This document shows, piece after piece, positions 18,852-28,171 of a stretch of 64,000 nt of DNA. How positions within the stretch are numbered: the stretch's first letter is position 1; each line of letters starts with the position of its first letter. The position numbers and the translations under genes are program-made. The notes beneath the pieces were generated by a model. It saw nothing but the letters and a program-made list of their open reading frames with translations. It searched no databases and was not told the DNA's origin. Where the stretch lies: assembly GCA_038234075.1 (NCBI GenBank), contig JBBSUV010000001.1, positions 6,070 to 70,069 of the forward strand. The letters are read 5' to 3'. This DNA is from Flavobacteriales bacterium. GTDB lineage: Bacteria; Bacteroidota; Bacteroidia; Flavobacteriales_F; PHOS-HE28.

Positions 18852-19114
18852 ATTAACGGGGCGCGAATATAATCCCCGGAGGGGTTTTACACTATCACTT
18901 TTCGTCGCGATCAAATTTCTAGCGAAGTCACCAGCTATCAGCAAACCGGTTCTTCGCGCTTCCCTTTCCCCGTGTGGACCGGCCACTTTTCCTGGAGGCG
19001 AAGGGTTGCCTTGTTGATGTGCGGGCGCAGATTGCCGCTGGTTATGCGCCGTTCGCATCTCTGTACATTGGGATGCACAATTGTTCGCCCAACCCTGACC
19101 TTTGCAGTCGATAA

Positions 19115-20314
19115 TTGATGAACGTCCTCCGCAGCCTCCGCCCATTCTACATCTTCGCCGCCTTGCTGGTGTTGGCCGCCTTGGTGCTGGAGCAGATCAA
19201 CGGCCGGTTCTGGTTGAATGACTTCCGGGTGTACTACATGGCTGCCACGAACCTGCGGCATGGCCTCCCCATCTATGGAGTGGTGTTCGGCGAGGACACG
19301 GGTCTCTATAAGTACCTGCCGTTTCCGCTCTACTTCTTCATCCCGTTCACCTTTCTGAGCTTCAAGGTCGCAGCGACCATCCACTGGCTTTTGATGGGCG
19401 CCCTGCTCATCGCCTGTTTCGCCGCGATGGAAAGAGCCGTGAACCGTATGCTGGGTCCAGTGCCGAAGCCTGCCCTGCGTTCCATATTGGGTCTGTTGTG
19501 CATCACGGTGCTGCTGGTCCGGGAGCTTCACCTAGGCAACATCAACATGGGGCTGCTCTTCTTGGTGATCTGGGGCGTGGAGCGCCTACTGGCGCGGAAA
19601 GCACGTGTTGCGGGAGTTGCCCTGGGCATCGCCTGGTTGATCAAACCCTACCTCTTATTGATGGTGGTTCCCTTGGTGATACGGCGAGAATGGAAGGTCC
19701 TAGGCACAGCAGCGACGGCCATGGTTGTTGGCTTGCTGTTACCTATGCTGATCGAAGGACCTGCGGACGGGTGGGCGATGCTGGATGAATGGGGCCAAGC
19801 TGTGGCGCGTCACAACCTCACCATAGAAAGTCCGGATCGGATCAGTTCCATTCTTGCTTCGAACCTTCATATTTCATTGGCGACGTGGATCGACCTTGTG
19901 TTCATCGCCTTGGCAGGCTGCATTCTCGCGATAGTGACCTGGTACCACGCAAAACGCGAAGAAGGAATGCGATCGGCCCCTGTTGACCGGGCGATGGAAC
20001 TCTGGACCGCCAGTGCGATCGTGCCCAATCTGGTGATCACCGACCAGCAGCACTTCATGTTCACCCTGCCCTTGGTGCTCTACATCCTAGCTGGGCTCTT
20101 CGACCGCAGGGACCGCTTGGTGCTACTGCTTTTCCTGGTGGCCATGCTGCCCTATGCCACGCGCAGCAGTGATCTTTGGGGAAGTACCTTAGAGAACACT
20201 TTGACGGGGCACGGTGTTCTCGGAATGGGGAATTTATTCCTTATCGGTGTGGCGTGGCTGGCACTTGCGCGTTGGCATTCAATAGCGGCAAAGCCCGCAC
20301 CCGTCTCTTCATAG
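19115..20314 (+). CDS. Polytopic membrane protein, DUF2029/glycosyltransferase-87-like
   Basis: 399 aa with more than 10 predicted TM helices. General resemblance to GT87/DUF2029 integral membrane glycosyltransferases, which is a weak call. Confidence 0.4.
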   Translation: MMNVLRSLRPFYIFAALLVLAALVLEQINGRFWLNDFRVYYMAATNLRHGLPIYGVVFGEDTGLYKYLPFPLYFFIPFTFLSFKVAATIHWLLMGALLIACFAAMERAVNRMLGPVPKPALRSILGLLCITVLLVRELHLGNINMGLLFLVIWGVERLLARKARVAGVALGIAWLIKPYLLLMVVPLVIRREWKVLGTAATAMVVGLLLPMLIEGPADGWAMLDEWGQAVARHNLTIESPDRISSILASNLHISLATWIDLVFIALAGCILAIVTWYHAKREEGMRSAPVDRAMELWTASAIVPNLVITDQQHFMFTLPLVLYILAGLFDRRDRLVLLLFLVAMLPYATRSSDLWGSTLENTLTGHGVLGMGNLFLIGVAWLALARWHSIAAKPAPVSS

Positions 20315-20404
20315 CGTAGCGTTCACAGCGGTGGCACTTAAAAAAAGGAGGGCGTGCCATGGCCGGGTGCGCTGTTTGCAGGTGGTAATACAAAACCACG
20401 GAGC

Positions 20405-20917
20405 ATGTCCACTTTTGATTTTCAGCAACAATTGGTCGGCCTGCGCCACCAGCTTTATTATTTCGCGCTCAGCCTCACTCATGACCGCGAGACCGCTGAC
20501 GACCTACTTCAGGAAAGCATGCTCCGCGCGCTCACTTACAGTGACAAATTCAGGGACAACACCAACTTCAAGGCGTGGGTGTATACCATCATGAAGAACA
20601 CTTTCATCAACGCGCACCGCCGCAACAAGCGCACGGACCGTGTGATGGACCATGTAGAGCGCGTGAGGGAACGCAGCAGCTTGGTGGAGACACCAGCCAC
20701 GGCTGAATCCACGGTGCGCATGAGCGAGATCCAAGGAGCGCTGGGGAAATTGGACACCATATTCCGCACACCTTTCCAATTGCACCATGACGGCTACAAA
20801 TACCACGAGATCGCCGACCGTTTGGAGATCCCTGTGGGTACCGTGAAGAGCAGGATCCACCAAGCCCGCCACAGATTGATGGGCATGCTGAGCGAGCAGC
20901 CCGTCGGAACGAACTGA
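20405..20917 (+). CDS. ECF-type RNA polymerase sigma-70 family sigma factor
   Basis: Region 2 (DLLQESMLRALTYSDKF ... FKAWVYTIMKNTFINAHRR) and region 4 (YHEIADRLEIPVGTVKSRIHQAR). The likely start is the ATG at 20405; the ORF track start at 20354 is a GTG. Confidence 0.8.
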   Translation: MSTFDFQQQLVGLRHQLYYFALSLTHDRETADDLLQESMLRALTYSDKFRDNTNFKAWVYTIMKNTFINAHRRNKRTDRVMDHVERVRERSSLVETPATAESTVRMSEIQGALGKLDTIFRTPFQLHHDGYKYHEIADRLEIPVGTVKSRIHQARHRLMGMLSEQPVGTN

Positions 20918-20948
20918 ACACACAATTCTTCGCATGTTCCTGAGCCAA

Positions 20949-20990
20949 GGGCCGGGATGGTATTGAAGCACCATCCCGGCCTTTACTTTT
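20949..20990 (+). terminator. Rho-independent terminator after the ECF sigma gene
   Basis: A perfect 11-bp stem ggccgggatgg / ccatcccggcc around a short loop (ggccgggatggtattgaagcaccatcccggcc), followed by tttactttt. Confidence 0.8.
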
Positions 20991-21028
20991 GATTGAACGC
21001 TCACAATTTTTTTCGCCATCGATCCTCT

Positions 21029-21058
21029 TGTTCAACTTTTTCGTATATTTGTTGAACA
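21029..21058 (+). promoter_or_regulatory. Candidate crtI promoter: Bacteroidota-type -7 element TATATTTG embedded in an inverted repeat TGTTCAAC-N14-GTTGAACA
   Basis: TATATTTG at 21044-21051 matches the TAnnTTTG consensus. The 8-bp inverted repeat arms are at 21029-21036 and 21051-21058. About 20 nt upstream of the probable crtI GTG start. Confidence 0.45.
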
Positions 21059-21075
21059 TTACAGAACGATACGCA

Positions 21076-22557
21076 GTGAGCGCTCCCACTTCCATCATCA
21101 TCGGTTCCGGTATTTCCGGTCTTGCGGCTGCTGCCGTGCTCGCTCAGCGCGGGGTGAAGGTGACCGTATTGGAACAGAACTCCACCGTTGGCGGACGCGC
21201 ACGCACCTGGGAGCAACTGGGCTTCCTCTTCGACATGGGCCCCAGCTTCTATTGGATGCCGGATGTCTTCGAGCGCTTCTTCGCCCGGTTCGGAACTTCG
21301 GCGGCCGATCACTACCAGTTGAAGCAATTGGCCCCCTCTTATTCGGTCATCTTCGGAACCGATGACCGTTGGGACATGCCTGCGGGGAGAGCAGCGGTCG
21401 CTGCACTTTTCGAAAAGGAAGAGCCTGGATCCGGAAAGAAGTTGACCGCCTTCCTGGACGAGGCTGCGGTGAAGTATCGCTTGGGTATGCAGGAGATCGT
21501 GTACAAGCCCTCATTGAGCTGGTCCGAATACATGGATCCGCAGATCATGATCGGTCTCTTGCGGACGTCGGTACTCTCCTCGCTGCGTTCCCATGTGCGC
21601 AAGAACTTTAAAAGCCCCCGCATCCGTCAGGTCATGGAATTTCCGGTGCTCTTTCTCGGCGCCACTCCTCAGGACACACCAGCCCTGTACAGCTTGATGA
21701 ACCATGCCGACATCGATCTGGGCACTTGGTATCCGATGGGGGGCATGGGCAAAGTGATGGATGCGATGCAACGCATAGCGGAAGAACAGGGTGCCGTCAT
21801 CCGTACATCGGAACCCGTGAAGCGGATCATTGTGAAGAACGGCAAGGCGGTTGGTGTGGAGACTGATAGCGGCACCTATGCGGCGGATACGGTGCTGGCC
21901 ACGGCGGATTACCACCATGTGGAAAAGGACCTGCTGCCGCTTGAACACCGCTCCTACTCGGAGAAATACTGGGAAGGCAGGACCATGGCGCCCAGCACGT
22001 TGCTCTTCTATATCGGCTTGGACACGCTGATCCCCAACATGGAGCACCACACGCTGTTCTTTGATGAGGACCTGGACCGCCACGGCGCGGACATCTACGA
22101 GCATAAGCGCTGGCCGGAAAAGCCCTTGTTCTATGTGAGCTGCACTTCTAAGACGGATCCCACCGTTGCTCCACTGGGCTGCGAGAACTTGGTCATCCTC
22201 ATCCCGATCGCAAGCGGCTCCATGGATGATGAACCTACGCGCGAGCACTATTTCCACCTCATCGCCGACCGGATGCAACGGCACTTTGGAACGGATATCC
22301 GCAACCACATCAAGGTGAAGCGCAGTTACTGCGTGAAGGATCTGGAGATGGACTACAACGCCTATCGTGGCAACGCCTACGGCTTGGCGAGCACGCTTAT
22401 GCAGACCGGCCCCTTGCGCCCTCGCGTGAAGAGCCAAAAAGTGCGCGACCTCTACTACGCCGGGCAGCTCAGCGTCCCCGGACCCGGCCTCCCTCCTGCC
22501 CTGATCAGTGGACAAATAGCCGCGGACCTCATCCTCAAGGAACACCCACGAACATGA
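21076..22557 (+). CDS. crtI: Phytoene desaturase CrtI
   Basis: N-terminal FAD fold IIIGSGISGLAAAAVLAQRGVKVTVLEQNSTVGGRA; about 490 aa. The likely GTG start is at 21076; the ORF track start 20989 lies inside the terminator. Confidence 0.88.
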   Translation: MSAPTSIIIGSGISGLAAAAVLAQRGVKVTVLEQNSTVGGRARTWEQLGFLFDMGPSFYWMPDVFERFFARFGTSAADHYQLKQLAPSYSVIFGTDDRWDMPAGRAAVAALFEKEEPGSGKKLTAFLDEAAVKYRLGMQEIVYKPSLSWSEYMDPQIMIGLLRTSVLSSLRSHVRKNFKSPRIRQVMEFPVLFLGATPQDTPALYSLMNHADIDLGTWYPMGGMGKVMDAMQRIAEEQGAVIRTSEPVKRIIVKNGKAVGVETDSGTYAADTVLATADYHHVEKDLLPLEHRSYSEKYWEGRTMAPSTLLFYIGLDTLIPNMEHHTLFFDEDLDRHGADIYEHKRWPEKPLFYVSCTSKTDPTVAPLGCENLVILIPIASGSMDDEPTREHYFHLIADRMQRHFGTDIRNHIKVKRSYCVKDLEMDYNAYRGNAYGLASTLMQTGPLRPRVKSQKVRDLYYAGQLSVPGPGLPPALISGQIAADLILKEHPRT

Positions 22558-23396
22558 ACACCGTTCAACTCTATGACTCCGTGTGCTCCGAAGTGAGCGG
22601 TGATGTGGTCCGTCGCTACAGCACCTCGTTCTCCATCGGGATACGTTCCCTGCATCCCCGTTTCCGGGATCCCATCAAGGCCATCTATGGCTTCGTCCGT
22701 TTCGCGGATGAGATCGTGGACACCTTCCACGAGCACGACAAACGGAAGTTGCTTGCCCGGTTCAGGGAGGATGCCTATCTCGCCATGGAGGAAGGGATCA
22801 GTCTGAACCCCGTCCTTCACAGTTTCCAGCGCACCGCCAATACCTATGGGATCGACCAAACGCTGATCGACCCCTTCCTAGCCAGCATGGCAATGGACCT
22901 GGATCGCGATGTGCACGATGCGCAGACCTTCGCCACCTACATCCTGGGTTCCGCGGAAGTGGTGGGATTGATGTGCCTGCGTGTATTCTGCGAAGGGGAT
23001 GATGCGCGGTACGAGCGTCTCCAACCCGCAGCGATGCGCCTCGGGGCCGCATTCCAGAAGGTGAACTTCCTCCGTGACCTCCAAGATGACCATGTCGCCT
23101 TGGGTCGCACCTATTTCCCCGGCCTGGACATGGACCGCATGGACGACACCATGAAAAAGCAGGCTGAAGCCGATATGGCGGATGATTTCAAGGCGGCGTT
23201 GGAAGGCATTCGCCATCTGCCGGCAGGCTCCCGCTTCGGGGTTTACACCGCCTATGTGTACTACCTCGCCCTCTTCCGCAAGATCCAAGGTGTTTCCGCG
23301 CGGAGGATCATGCACGAGCGCGTACGCATCGGCAAGCGCGCCAAGGTCCGACTGCTCACCACCAGCTACCTGAAAAACAGCTTCGGCATCCTTTGA
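22554..23396 (+). CDS. crtB: Phytoene synthase CrtB
   Basis: Squalene/phytoene synthase motifs (YGFVRFADEIVD; GAAFQKVNFLRDLQDD). ATGA overlap with crtI. Confidence 0.9.
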   Translation: MNTVQLYDSVCSEVSGDVVRRYSTSFSIGIRSLHPRFRDPIKAIYGFVRFADEIVDTFHEHDKRKLLARFREDAYLAMEEGISLNPVLHSFQRTANTYGIDQTLIDPFLASMAMDLDRDVHDAQTFATYILGSAEVVGLMCLRVFCEGDDARYERLQPAAMRLGAAFQKVNFLRDLQDDHVALGRTYFPGLDMDRMDDTMKKQAEADMADDFKAALEGIRHLPAGSRFGVYTAYVYYLALFRKIQGVSARRIMHERVRIGKRAKVRLLTTSYLKNSFGIL

Positions 23397-23941
23397 TGGG
23401 CTCACCCGAAAAAAACGAATATGTGGTGCTGGTGAACGAGCACGATGAGGCCATCGGCACCATGGAGAAAATGGCGGCACACCGGGCGGGGATGCTCCAT
23501 CGCGCATTCAGCATATTCCTTTTTGACGGTGAAGGCCGGGTGCTTCTTCAGCAACGCGCCGATGCGAAATATCACAGCCCTGGTCTGTGGAGTAATGCCT
23601 GCTGCAGCCATCCGCACCCCGAGGAGGACGTGCTCTCCGCCGCTGACCGCCGCTTGATGGAGGAGCTTGGAACAGAAGCCAGGTTGGAGCAGCGATTCGC
23701 GTTCACCTACCATGCCCGTTTTGCGAATGACCTGCAGGAGCATGAATTCGACCATGTCCTCTTCGGTGCGTCCACCGGCGGGCTTCACCCGGACCCAGCG
23801 GAAGTACAGGCCGTACGCTGGCTTTCACCAGAGGAGCTAAGTGCGGAGCTATCCGCAACACCTGAAGCCTTCACACCGTGGTTGCGGATCTGTTGGCCAC
23901 AAGTGCTGGAACACCTGCAACACGATCCCGTTTCACCATGA
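23393..23941 (+). CDS. idi: Isopentenyl-diphosphate delta-isomerase (type 1, Nudix)
   Basis: HRAFSIFLFDGEGRVLLQQRADAKYHSPGLWSNACCSHP is a typical IDI-1 signature. ATGA overlap with crtB. Confidence 0.85.
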   Translation: MMGSPEKNEYVVLVNEHDEAIGTMEKMAAHRAGMLHRAFSIFLFDGEGRVLLQQRADAKYHSPGLWSNACCSHPHPEEDVLSAADRRLMEELGTEARLEQRFAFTYHARFANDLQEHEFDHVLFGASTGGLHPDPAEVQAVRWLSPEELSAELSATPEAFTPWLRICWPQVLEHLQHDPVSP

Positions 23942-25272
23942 GTACGGATCGCCCCAAGGTGAACATCCATTGGTTCCGCCGGGACCTGCGCCTAACGGAT
24001 AACAACGGGCTGTTCCGCGCGCTGTCCGAGCTGGGCAATGTGCTACCACTCTTCATTTTCGACTCCGAGATTTTGGACCGGTTGGAAGATCGAGCGGACC
24101 GTCGTGTCGATCTGATACACCGCACGTTGCTGAAGTTGAAGGATGAATTGGAGCAATGCGGAGGAGCCCTTCTGGTAGAACAAGGTACACCGGAGGAGGT
24201 CTGGCGTGAGCTCACCGAGCGCTATGAGATCGGTGCCGTGACCGCCAACCACGACCATGAACCGTATGCGGTCAAGCGGGACGAAAACGTACGCAGACTG
24301 CTGGCTGAACAGGGGATCCCGTTCCGGACGTTCAAGGACATCAGCATTTTTGAGCGCAGCGAGGTGATGAAGGACGATGGCGGTCCGTACACCGTTTTCA
24401 CGCCCTACAGCCGCAAATGGAAAGCCTTGTTCACCCCGGAGATGGCCACGGCTTTTCCGAGCGAGGCCCACTTGGGCAAGCTGTGGAAAACCGCTCCGCT
24501 TCCCTGTCCTCGGCTGGCGGATATCGGCTTTTTACCAACGGACCTGCAGGTACCACCTGAACATGTGGATGACGAGCTGCTGAGGCATTACGCCGATACA
24601 CGGAACTTGCCGGGGGTTGACGGCACCTCAAGGATGAGCGTCCACCTGCGCTTCGGAACGGTAAGCCCACGCGCCATGGTGCGTCAGGCTTTGGCCACCA
24701 GCGAAGTCTACCTCAACGAATTGATCTGGCGGGAATTCTTCATGCAGGTGCTCTGGCATTTCCCCCATGTGGTGCACTCCTCCTTCAGGCCGGCTTATGA
24801 CAACATCGCTTGGGAGAATAACGAAGATCAGTTCCATGCTTGGTGCGCGGGCCGGACCGGATATCCCTTGGTGGATGCAGGCATGCGCGAGCTGGCGGCC
24901 ACGGGCCTGATGCACAATCGCGTCCGGATGGTCACAGCCAGCTTCCTCGTAAAGCACCTGCTTATCGACTGGCGCTGGGGAGAAGCTTGGTTCGCTGAGA
25001 AACTGCTCGACTTCGAACTCAGTAGCAACAATGGCAACTGGCAATGGGCCGCTGGCAGCGGCTGCGATGCCGCACCTTGGTTCCGCATCTTCAACCCCAC
25101 CCTGCAAATGCAGCGGTTCGATGCCGGGTTAACCTATGTTAAACGTTGGGTCCCTGAATATGAAACAGCAAACTATGCAGCTCCGATCGTCGTTCACCAA
25201 GCAGCGCGCGAACGGGCCGTTGCAACCTACAAGTCCGGTCTCGCGGAACAATTCGCTCCACAACAACACTGA
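23938..25272 (+). CDS. phr: Deoxyribodipyrimidine photolyase (CPD photolyase/cryptochrome family)
   Basis: N-terminal IHWFRRDLRLTDNNGL and C-terminal FAD-binding region (TGYPLVDAGMRELAATGLMHNRVRMVTASFLVKHL ... NGNWQWAAGSG). The ATG at 23938 overlaps the idi stop (ATGA); the ORF track start is 23878. Confidence 0.85.
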   Translation: MSTDRPKVNIHWFRRDLRLTDNNGLFRALSELGNVLPLFIFDSEILDRLEDRADRRVDLIHRTLLKLKDELEQCGGALLVEQGTPEEVWRELTERYEIGAVTANHDHEPYAVKRDENVRRLLAEQGIPFRTFKDISIFERSEVMKDDGGPYTVFTPYSRKWKALFTPEMATAFPSEAHLGKLWKTAPLPCPRLADIGFLPTDLQVPPEHVDDELLRHYADTRNLPGVDGTSRMSVHLRFGTVSPRAMVRQALATSEVYLNELIWREFFMQVLWHFPHVVHSSFRPAYDNIAWENNEDQFHAWCAGRTGYPLVDAGMRELAATGLMHNRVRMVTASFLVKHLLIDWRWGEAWFAEKLLDFELSSNNGNWQWAAGSGCDAAPWFRIFNPTLQMQRFDAGLTYVKRWVPEYETANYAAPIVVHQAARERAVATYKSGLAEQFAPQQH

Positions 25273-25283
25273 AAGAACAGAAC

Positions 25284-25445
25284 ATGCCACGCAAGAAACG
25301 CCAGCTCATCCTCACACAACCGGTCCGCGAGGGCCTGAAGACCTTCAAAGTGCGCTTGGACGCACGCACCGTGATCACCCTCGCCAGCAAGAAAGCGCTC
25401 GAGTTTTGGAAGGAGAAGTATCCCAACGCCGTGATCATCGGGTGA
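25284..25445 (+). CDS. Small basic hypothetical protein (53 aa), below the ORF-track size cut-off
   Basis: ATG at 25284 to TGA at 25443-25445 encodes MPRKKRQLILTQPVREGLKTFKVRLDARTVITLASKKALEFWKEKYPNAVIIG. It fills the gap between the photolyase and the SRPBCC gene, and its stop overlaps the SRPBCC GTG (GTGA). Confidence 0.3.
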   Translation: MPRKKRQLILTQPVREGLKTFKVRLDARTVITLASKKALEFWKEKYPNAVIIG

Positions 25446-25906
25446 CCCACATCCTTGAGCGGAGCAAAGAGCTGCCCATCCCCCTTCGGGAAGCTTGGGA
25501 GTTCTTCAGCGACCCGCGGAATTTGGCGCGGATCACGCCCAGTAACATGGGCTTCGTGATCCACGATCCGGCTCCTGAGCCGCCCATCCGTGCCGGCCAG
25601 CGCATCAGTTACACGGTCCGTCCACTGCTTGGAATCCCCCTCCGGTGGGTAACGCTCATCACGGAAGCGGAAGCGCCGCATCGCTTCGTCGATACGCAGG
25701 AACGTGGGCCGTATGCCCTTTGGCATCATACACACACATTCACAGCAACAGCAAAGGGCACGCTGATGACCGACCGCGTGGAATATGCCATGCCGTTCGG
25801 CGTCCTCGGCGAATTGGCCCACTGTATTTTTGTCAAGAAGCAGTTGGAAGTCATCTTCAACTATCGTGAGAAGGTGTTACTTGAACTTTTCCCTGTAAAA
25901 GGATGA
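25442..25906 (+). CDS. SRPBCC (polyketide cyclase/dehydrase-like, START/Bet v1 fold) family protein
   Basis: The C-terminal 154 aa of track ORF 25136..25906 carry the fold (IPLREAWEFFSDPRNLARITP ... YALWHHTHTF). Its upstream part overlaps the photolyase out of frame, so the true start is probably the GTG at 25442. Confidence 0.55.
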   Translation: MTHILERSKELPIPLREAWEFFSDPRNLARITPSNMGFVIHDPAPEPPIRAGQRISYTVRPLLGIPLRWVTLITEAEAPHRFVDTQERGPYALWHHTHTFTATAKGTLMTDRVEYAMPFGVLGELAHCIFVKKQLEVIFNYREKVLLELFPVKG

Positions 25907-26451
25907 GCGTGTGGACCATCATCGGCATTTTGGCGCTGAGCTTCACGGCGATGGAATTCGTCGCGTGGGCCACGCACAAGTTCCTGATGCACGGCCTTCT
26001 CTGGAGGTTGCACAAGGACCATCACCAACGGGACCATGACCATGTGTTGGAGCGCAACGATTCGTTCTTCCTGATCTTCGCCGTCCCGTCGATGTTGCTC
26101 TTCCTCATCGGCACCATCCGTGGGTTGGATACTCCGTGGCTGTGGATCGGGTTCGGTATTCTGCTCTACGGCATCACCTACTTCCTTGTACATGAGGTGT
26201 TCATCCACCAGCGGATCAAATGGTTGCGCACCTCCAACAACTCCTATTTCATCGCATTGCGCCGTGCTCATAAGATGCATCACAAGCACCTCGGTAAGGA
26301 GGAAGGCGAATGCTTCGGAATGCTGATCGTACCCCTCAAATTCTATCGTGACGCGATGAGATCCGGCAAATTGGACAACCGCAACGCGCGCAACGAAAAA
26401 GAGGGATACCGCAAAGAATACAAAGGACACGAAGCCATGCGGGCGGAGTAA
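25903..26451 (+). CDS. crtZ: Beta-carotene hydroxylase CrtZ
   Basis: Histidine boxes HKDHHQRDHDH, HEVFIHQR and HKMHHKH. ATGA overlap with the SRPBCC gene. Confidence 0.85.
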   Translation: MSVWTIIGILALSFTAMEFVAWATHKFLMHGLLWRLHKDHHQRDHDHVLERNDSFFLIFAVPSMLLFLIGTIRGLDTPWLWIGFGILLYGITYFLVHEVFIHQRIKWLRTSNNSYFIALRRAHKMHHKHLGKEEGECFGMLIVPLKFYRDAMRSGKLDNRNARNEKEGYRKEYKGHEAMRAE

Positions 26452-26519
26452 GCAGCAGCGGTCGGCAGCAGGTATTCATCTTTGCGCCCTTAGCGTCCTT
26501 AGCGGTAGAAAAACATCAG

Positions 26520-27239
26520 ATGTCCACTTATCTCTGGATCGACCTCGGCGCGTTCGTCATTCCCTTTCTCTTCAGCTTCCATCCGCGGCTGCGCTTCGAT
26601 CGCACGTGGCATGCGCTGTGGCCCGCCATCGGCTGCATGATGCTGCTCTTCATCCCGTGGGACGCATGGTTCACGCACCTTGGCATCTGGGGCTTCAATG
26701 AAGATCACCTGACGGGTGTTGCACTGCTTGGGCTACCGCTGGAGGAATGGCTGTTCTTCATCTGCATCCCCTATGCCTGCATGTTCACCTACCATTGCTT
26801 TCGGGTTCTCGGGGTGAAGGACTATTTGGGCAAGAAGACCTCGATCTTCACATGGGTGTTGATCGCCGGGCTGTTGGTCGTCATCATCTTCTTCCCTGGA
26901 AAAGCATACACCAGCAGTGCCTTTGGCGGTTTGGCACTCTGGCTGCTCCTGCTCCAGCAGTGGATAAAACCCGACTGGCTCGGCCGTGCCTACTTCGCCT
27001 ATTTCATCCTCCTGCTGCCTTTCCTTATCGTCAACGGCATCCTTACCGGAAGTTTTCTGGAAGAAGCAGTGGTGTGGTATAATGACGGACAGAACCTCGG
27101 CGTCCGCATCAGCACCATTCCTGTGGAAGATGCCTTCTATGGTCTGTTCTTGTTCTTAGTGGTGGTGACGGTATACGAGGCATTGCTTAAGCGGAGACCG
27201 GTAGCCGTTGATCCGTCGTTGGTGACCGAAGTACACTAG
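26520..27239 (+). CDS. crtY: Lycopene cyclase domain protein (fused CrtYcd type)
   Basis: 239-aa polytopic membrane protein (WIDLGAFVIPFLFSFHP ... PLEEWLFFICIPY). The size and hydrophobicity pattern match fused heterodimeric-type lycopene cyclases of Bacteroidota. Confidence 0.7.
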   Translation: MSTYLWIDLGAFVIPFLFSFHPRLRFDRTWHALWPAIGCMMLLFIPWDAWFTHLGIWGFNEDHLTGVALLGLPLEEWLFFICIPYACMFTYHCFRVLGVKDYLGKKTSIFTWVLIAGLLVVIIFFPGKAYTSSAFGGLALWLLLLQQWIKPDWLGRAYFAYFILLLPFLIVNGILTGSFLEEAVVWYNDGQNLGVRISTIPVEDAFYGLFLFLVVVTVYEALLKRRPVAVDPSLVTEVH

Positions 27240-27250
27240 TTCGCCACCGC

Positions 27251-28039
27251 ATGCCCCTGCTTCCCCACCCTGTCCGTGCATACTTGAGGCACTTGCGCCA
27301 CGCCGGCAACCGCCATGATGTGCATTCGCCGTTCGTGTTCGCACTGGTGAACGAGGTGCTACGCAAACGCACACCCCGCGCGGAATTCGCCGACATCGAG
27401 GAACTGAGGACGGAACTGTTGGCCGACCGAAGGATGATCGCCGTGACCGACCTGGGCGCTGGCTCGCGCCGGGGAAATACCCAACAGCGGCAGATCGGCG
27501 AGATCGCAAAGAATTCGTTGAAACCCCGGCGGCAAGCGGAGATGCTGGCACGAATGGTCCACTATTTCAAACCAGTGACCGTCCTCGAACTGGGCACCAG
27601 CCTGGGCACCACGACGCTCTATCTCTCCCGTGCGGCGGAAAAAGGGCGTGTTCACACCATTGAAGGCTGCCCCGCCATCGCGGCGATCGCGCAGCAGAAT
27701 TTCAACTTGTACCGTGCGGAGAACATCACATCCCACGTCGGTCCCTTCGCGGAACAATTGCCGGGCGTCCTAAGCTCCATGAAGCGGCTGGACTTCGTGT
27801 TCATCGATGGGCATCACGCAGCGGGACCGACCTTGGCCTACTTCGAACAATGCCTTGCCAGATCCCACAACGACACGGTCTTCATCTTCGACGACATCCA
27901 TTGGAGCGAGAGCATGGAGGAAGCCTGGGCTGCGATCAAGGTGCATCCCAAAGTGACCGTGACCATCGACCTCTTCCACTTCGGGATCGTCTTCATGAGG
28001 AATGAGCAACAGCGTGAGGATTTCGTGCTAAGGTATTGA
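27251..28039 (+). CDS. Class I SAM-dependent methyltransferase
   Basis: Motif I-like VLELGTSLGTTTLYL and post-I acidic patches. 262 aa. Confidence 0.55.
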   Translation: MPLLPHPVRAYLRHLRHAGNRHDVHSPFVFALVNEVLRKRTPRAEFADIEELRTELLADRRMIAVTDLGAGSRRGNTQQRQIGEIAKNSLKPRRQAEMLARMVHYFKPVTVLELGTSLGTTTLYLSRAAEKGRVHTIEGCPAIAAIAQQNFNLYRAENITSHVGPFAEQLPGVLSSMKRLDFVFIDGHHAAGPTLAYFEQCLARSHNDTVFIFDDIHWSESMEEAWAAIKVHPKVTVTIDLFHFGIVFMRNEQQREDFVLRY

Positions 28040-28050
28040 GGCTCAATTTA

Positions 28051-28141
28051 GAACGCAGATGGCACAGAAAGGACAGATGGTCACCGATCCATCTCCTGGC
28101 TTTCAGATCTGCGCAGACCCGGTCTTTCAGCGTCATCTGCG
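28051..28141. repeat. Intergenic element of the CGCAGATG-repeat family (member B), palindromic
   Basis: Left arm gaacgcagatggcacagaaaggacagatggtcac. Right arm cgtcatctgcgttc, the reverse complement of gaacgcagatgacg. Internal palindromes agatgg...ccatct and cagatctgcgcag. Confidence 0.7.
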
Positions 28142-28171
28142 TTCCATCCGCTAAAACTTACCTTCGCGGAA

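Noticed and set aside
21511-22545. 344-aa minus-strand ORF
   Set aside because: Antisense to crtI, which has an unambiguous FAD-binding N-terminus on the plus strand.
25136-25441. N-terminal 100 aa of track ORF 25136..25906
   Set aside because: Overlaps the photolyase 3' end out of frame and is low-complexity. Only the C-terminal SRPBCC portion, from the GTG at 25442, is credible.
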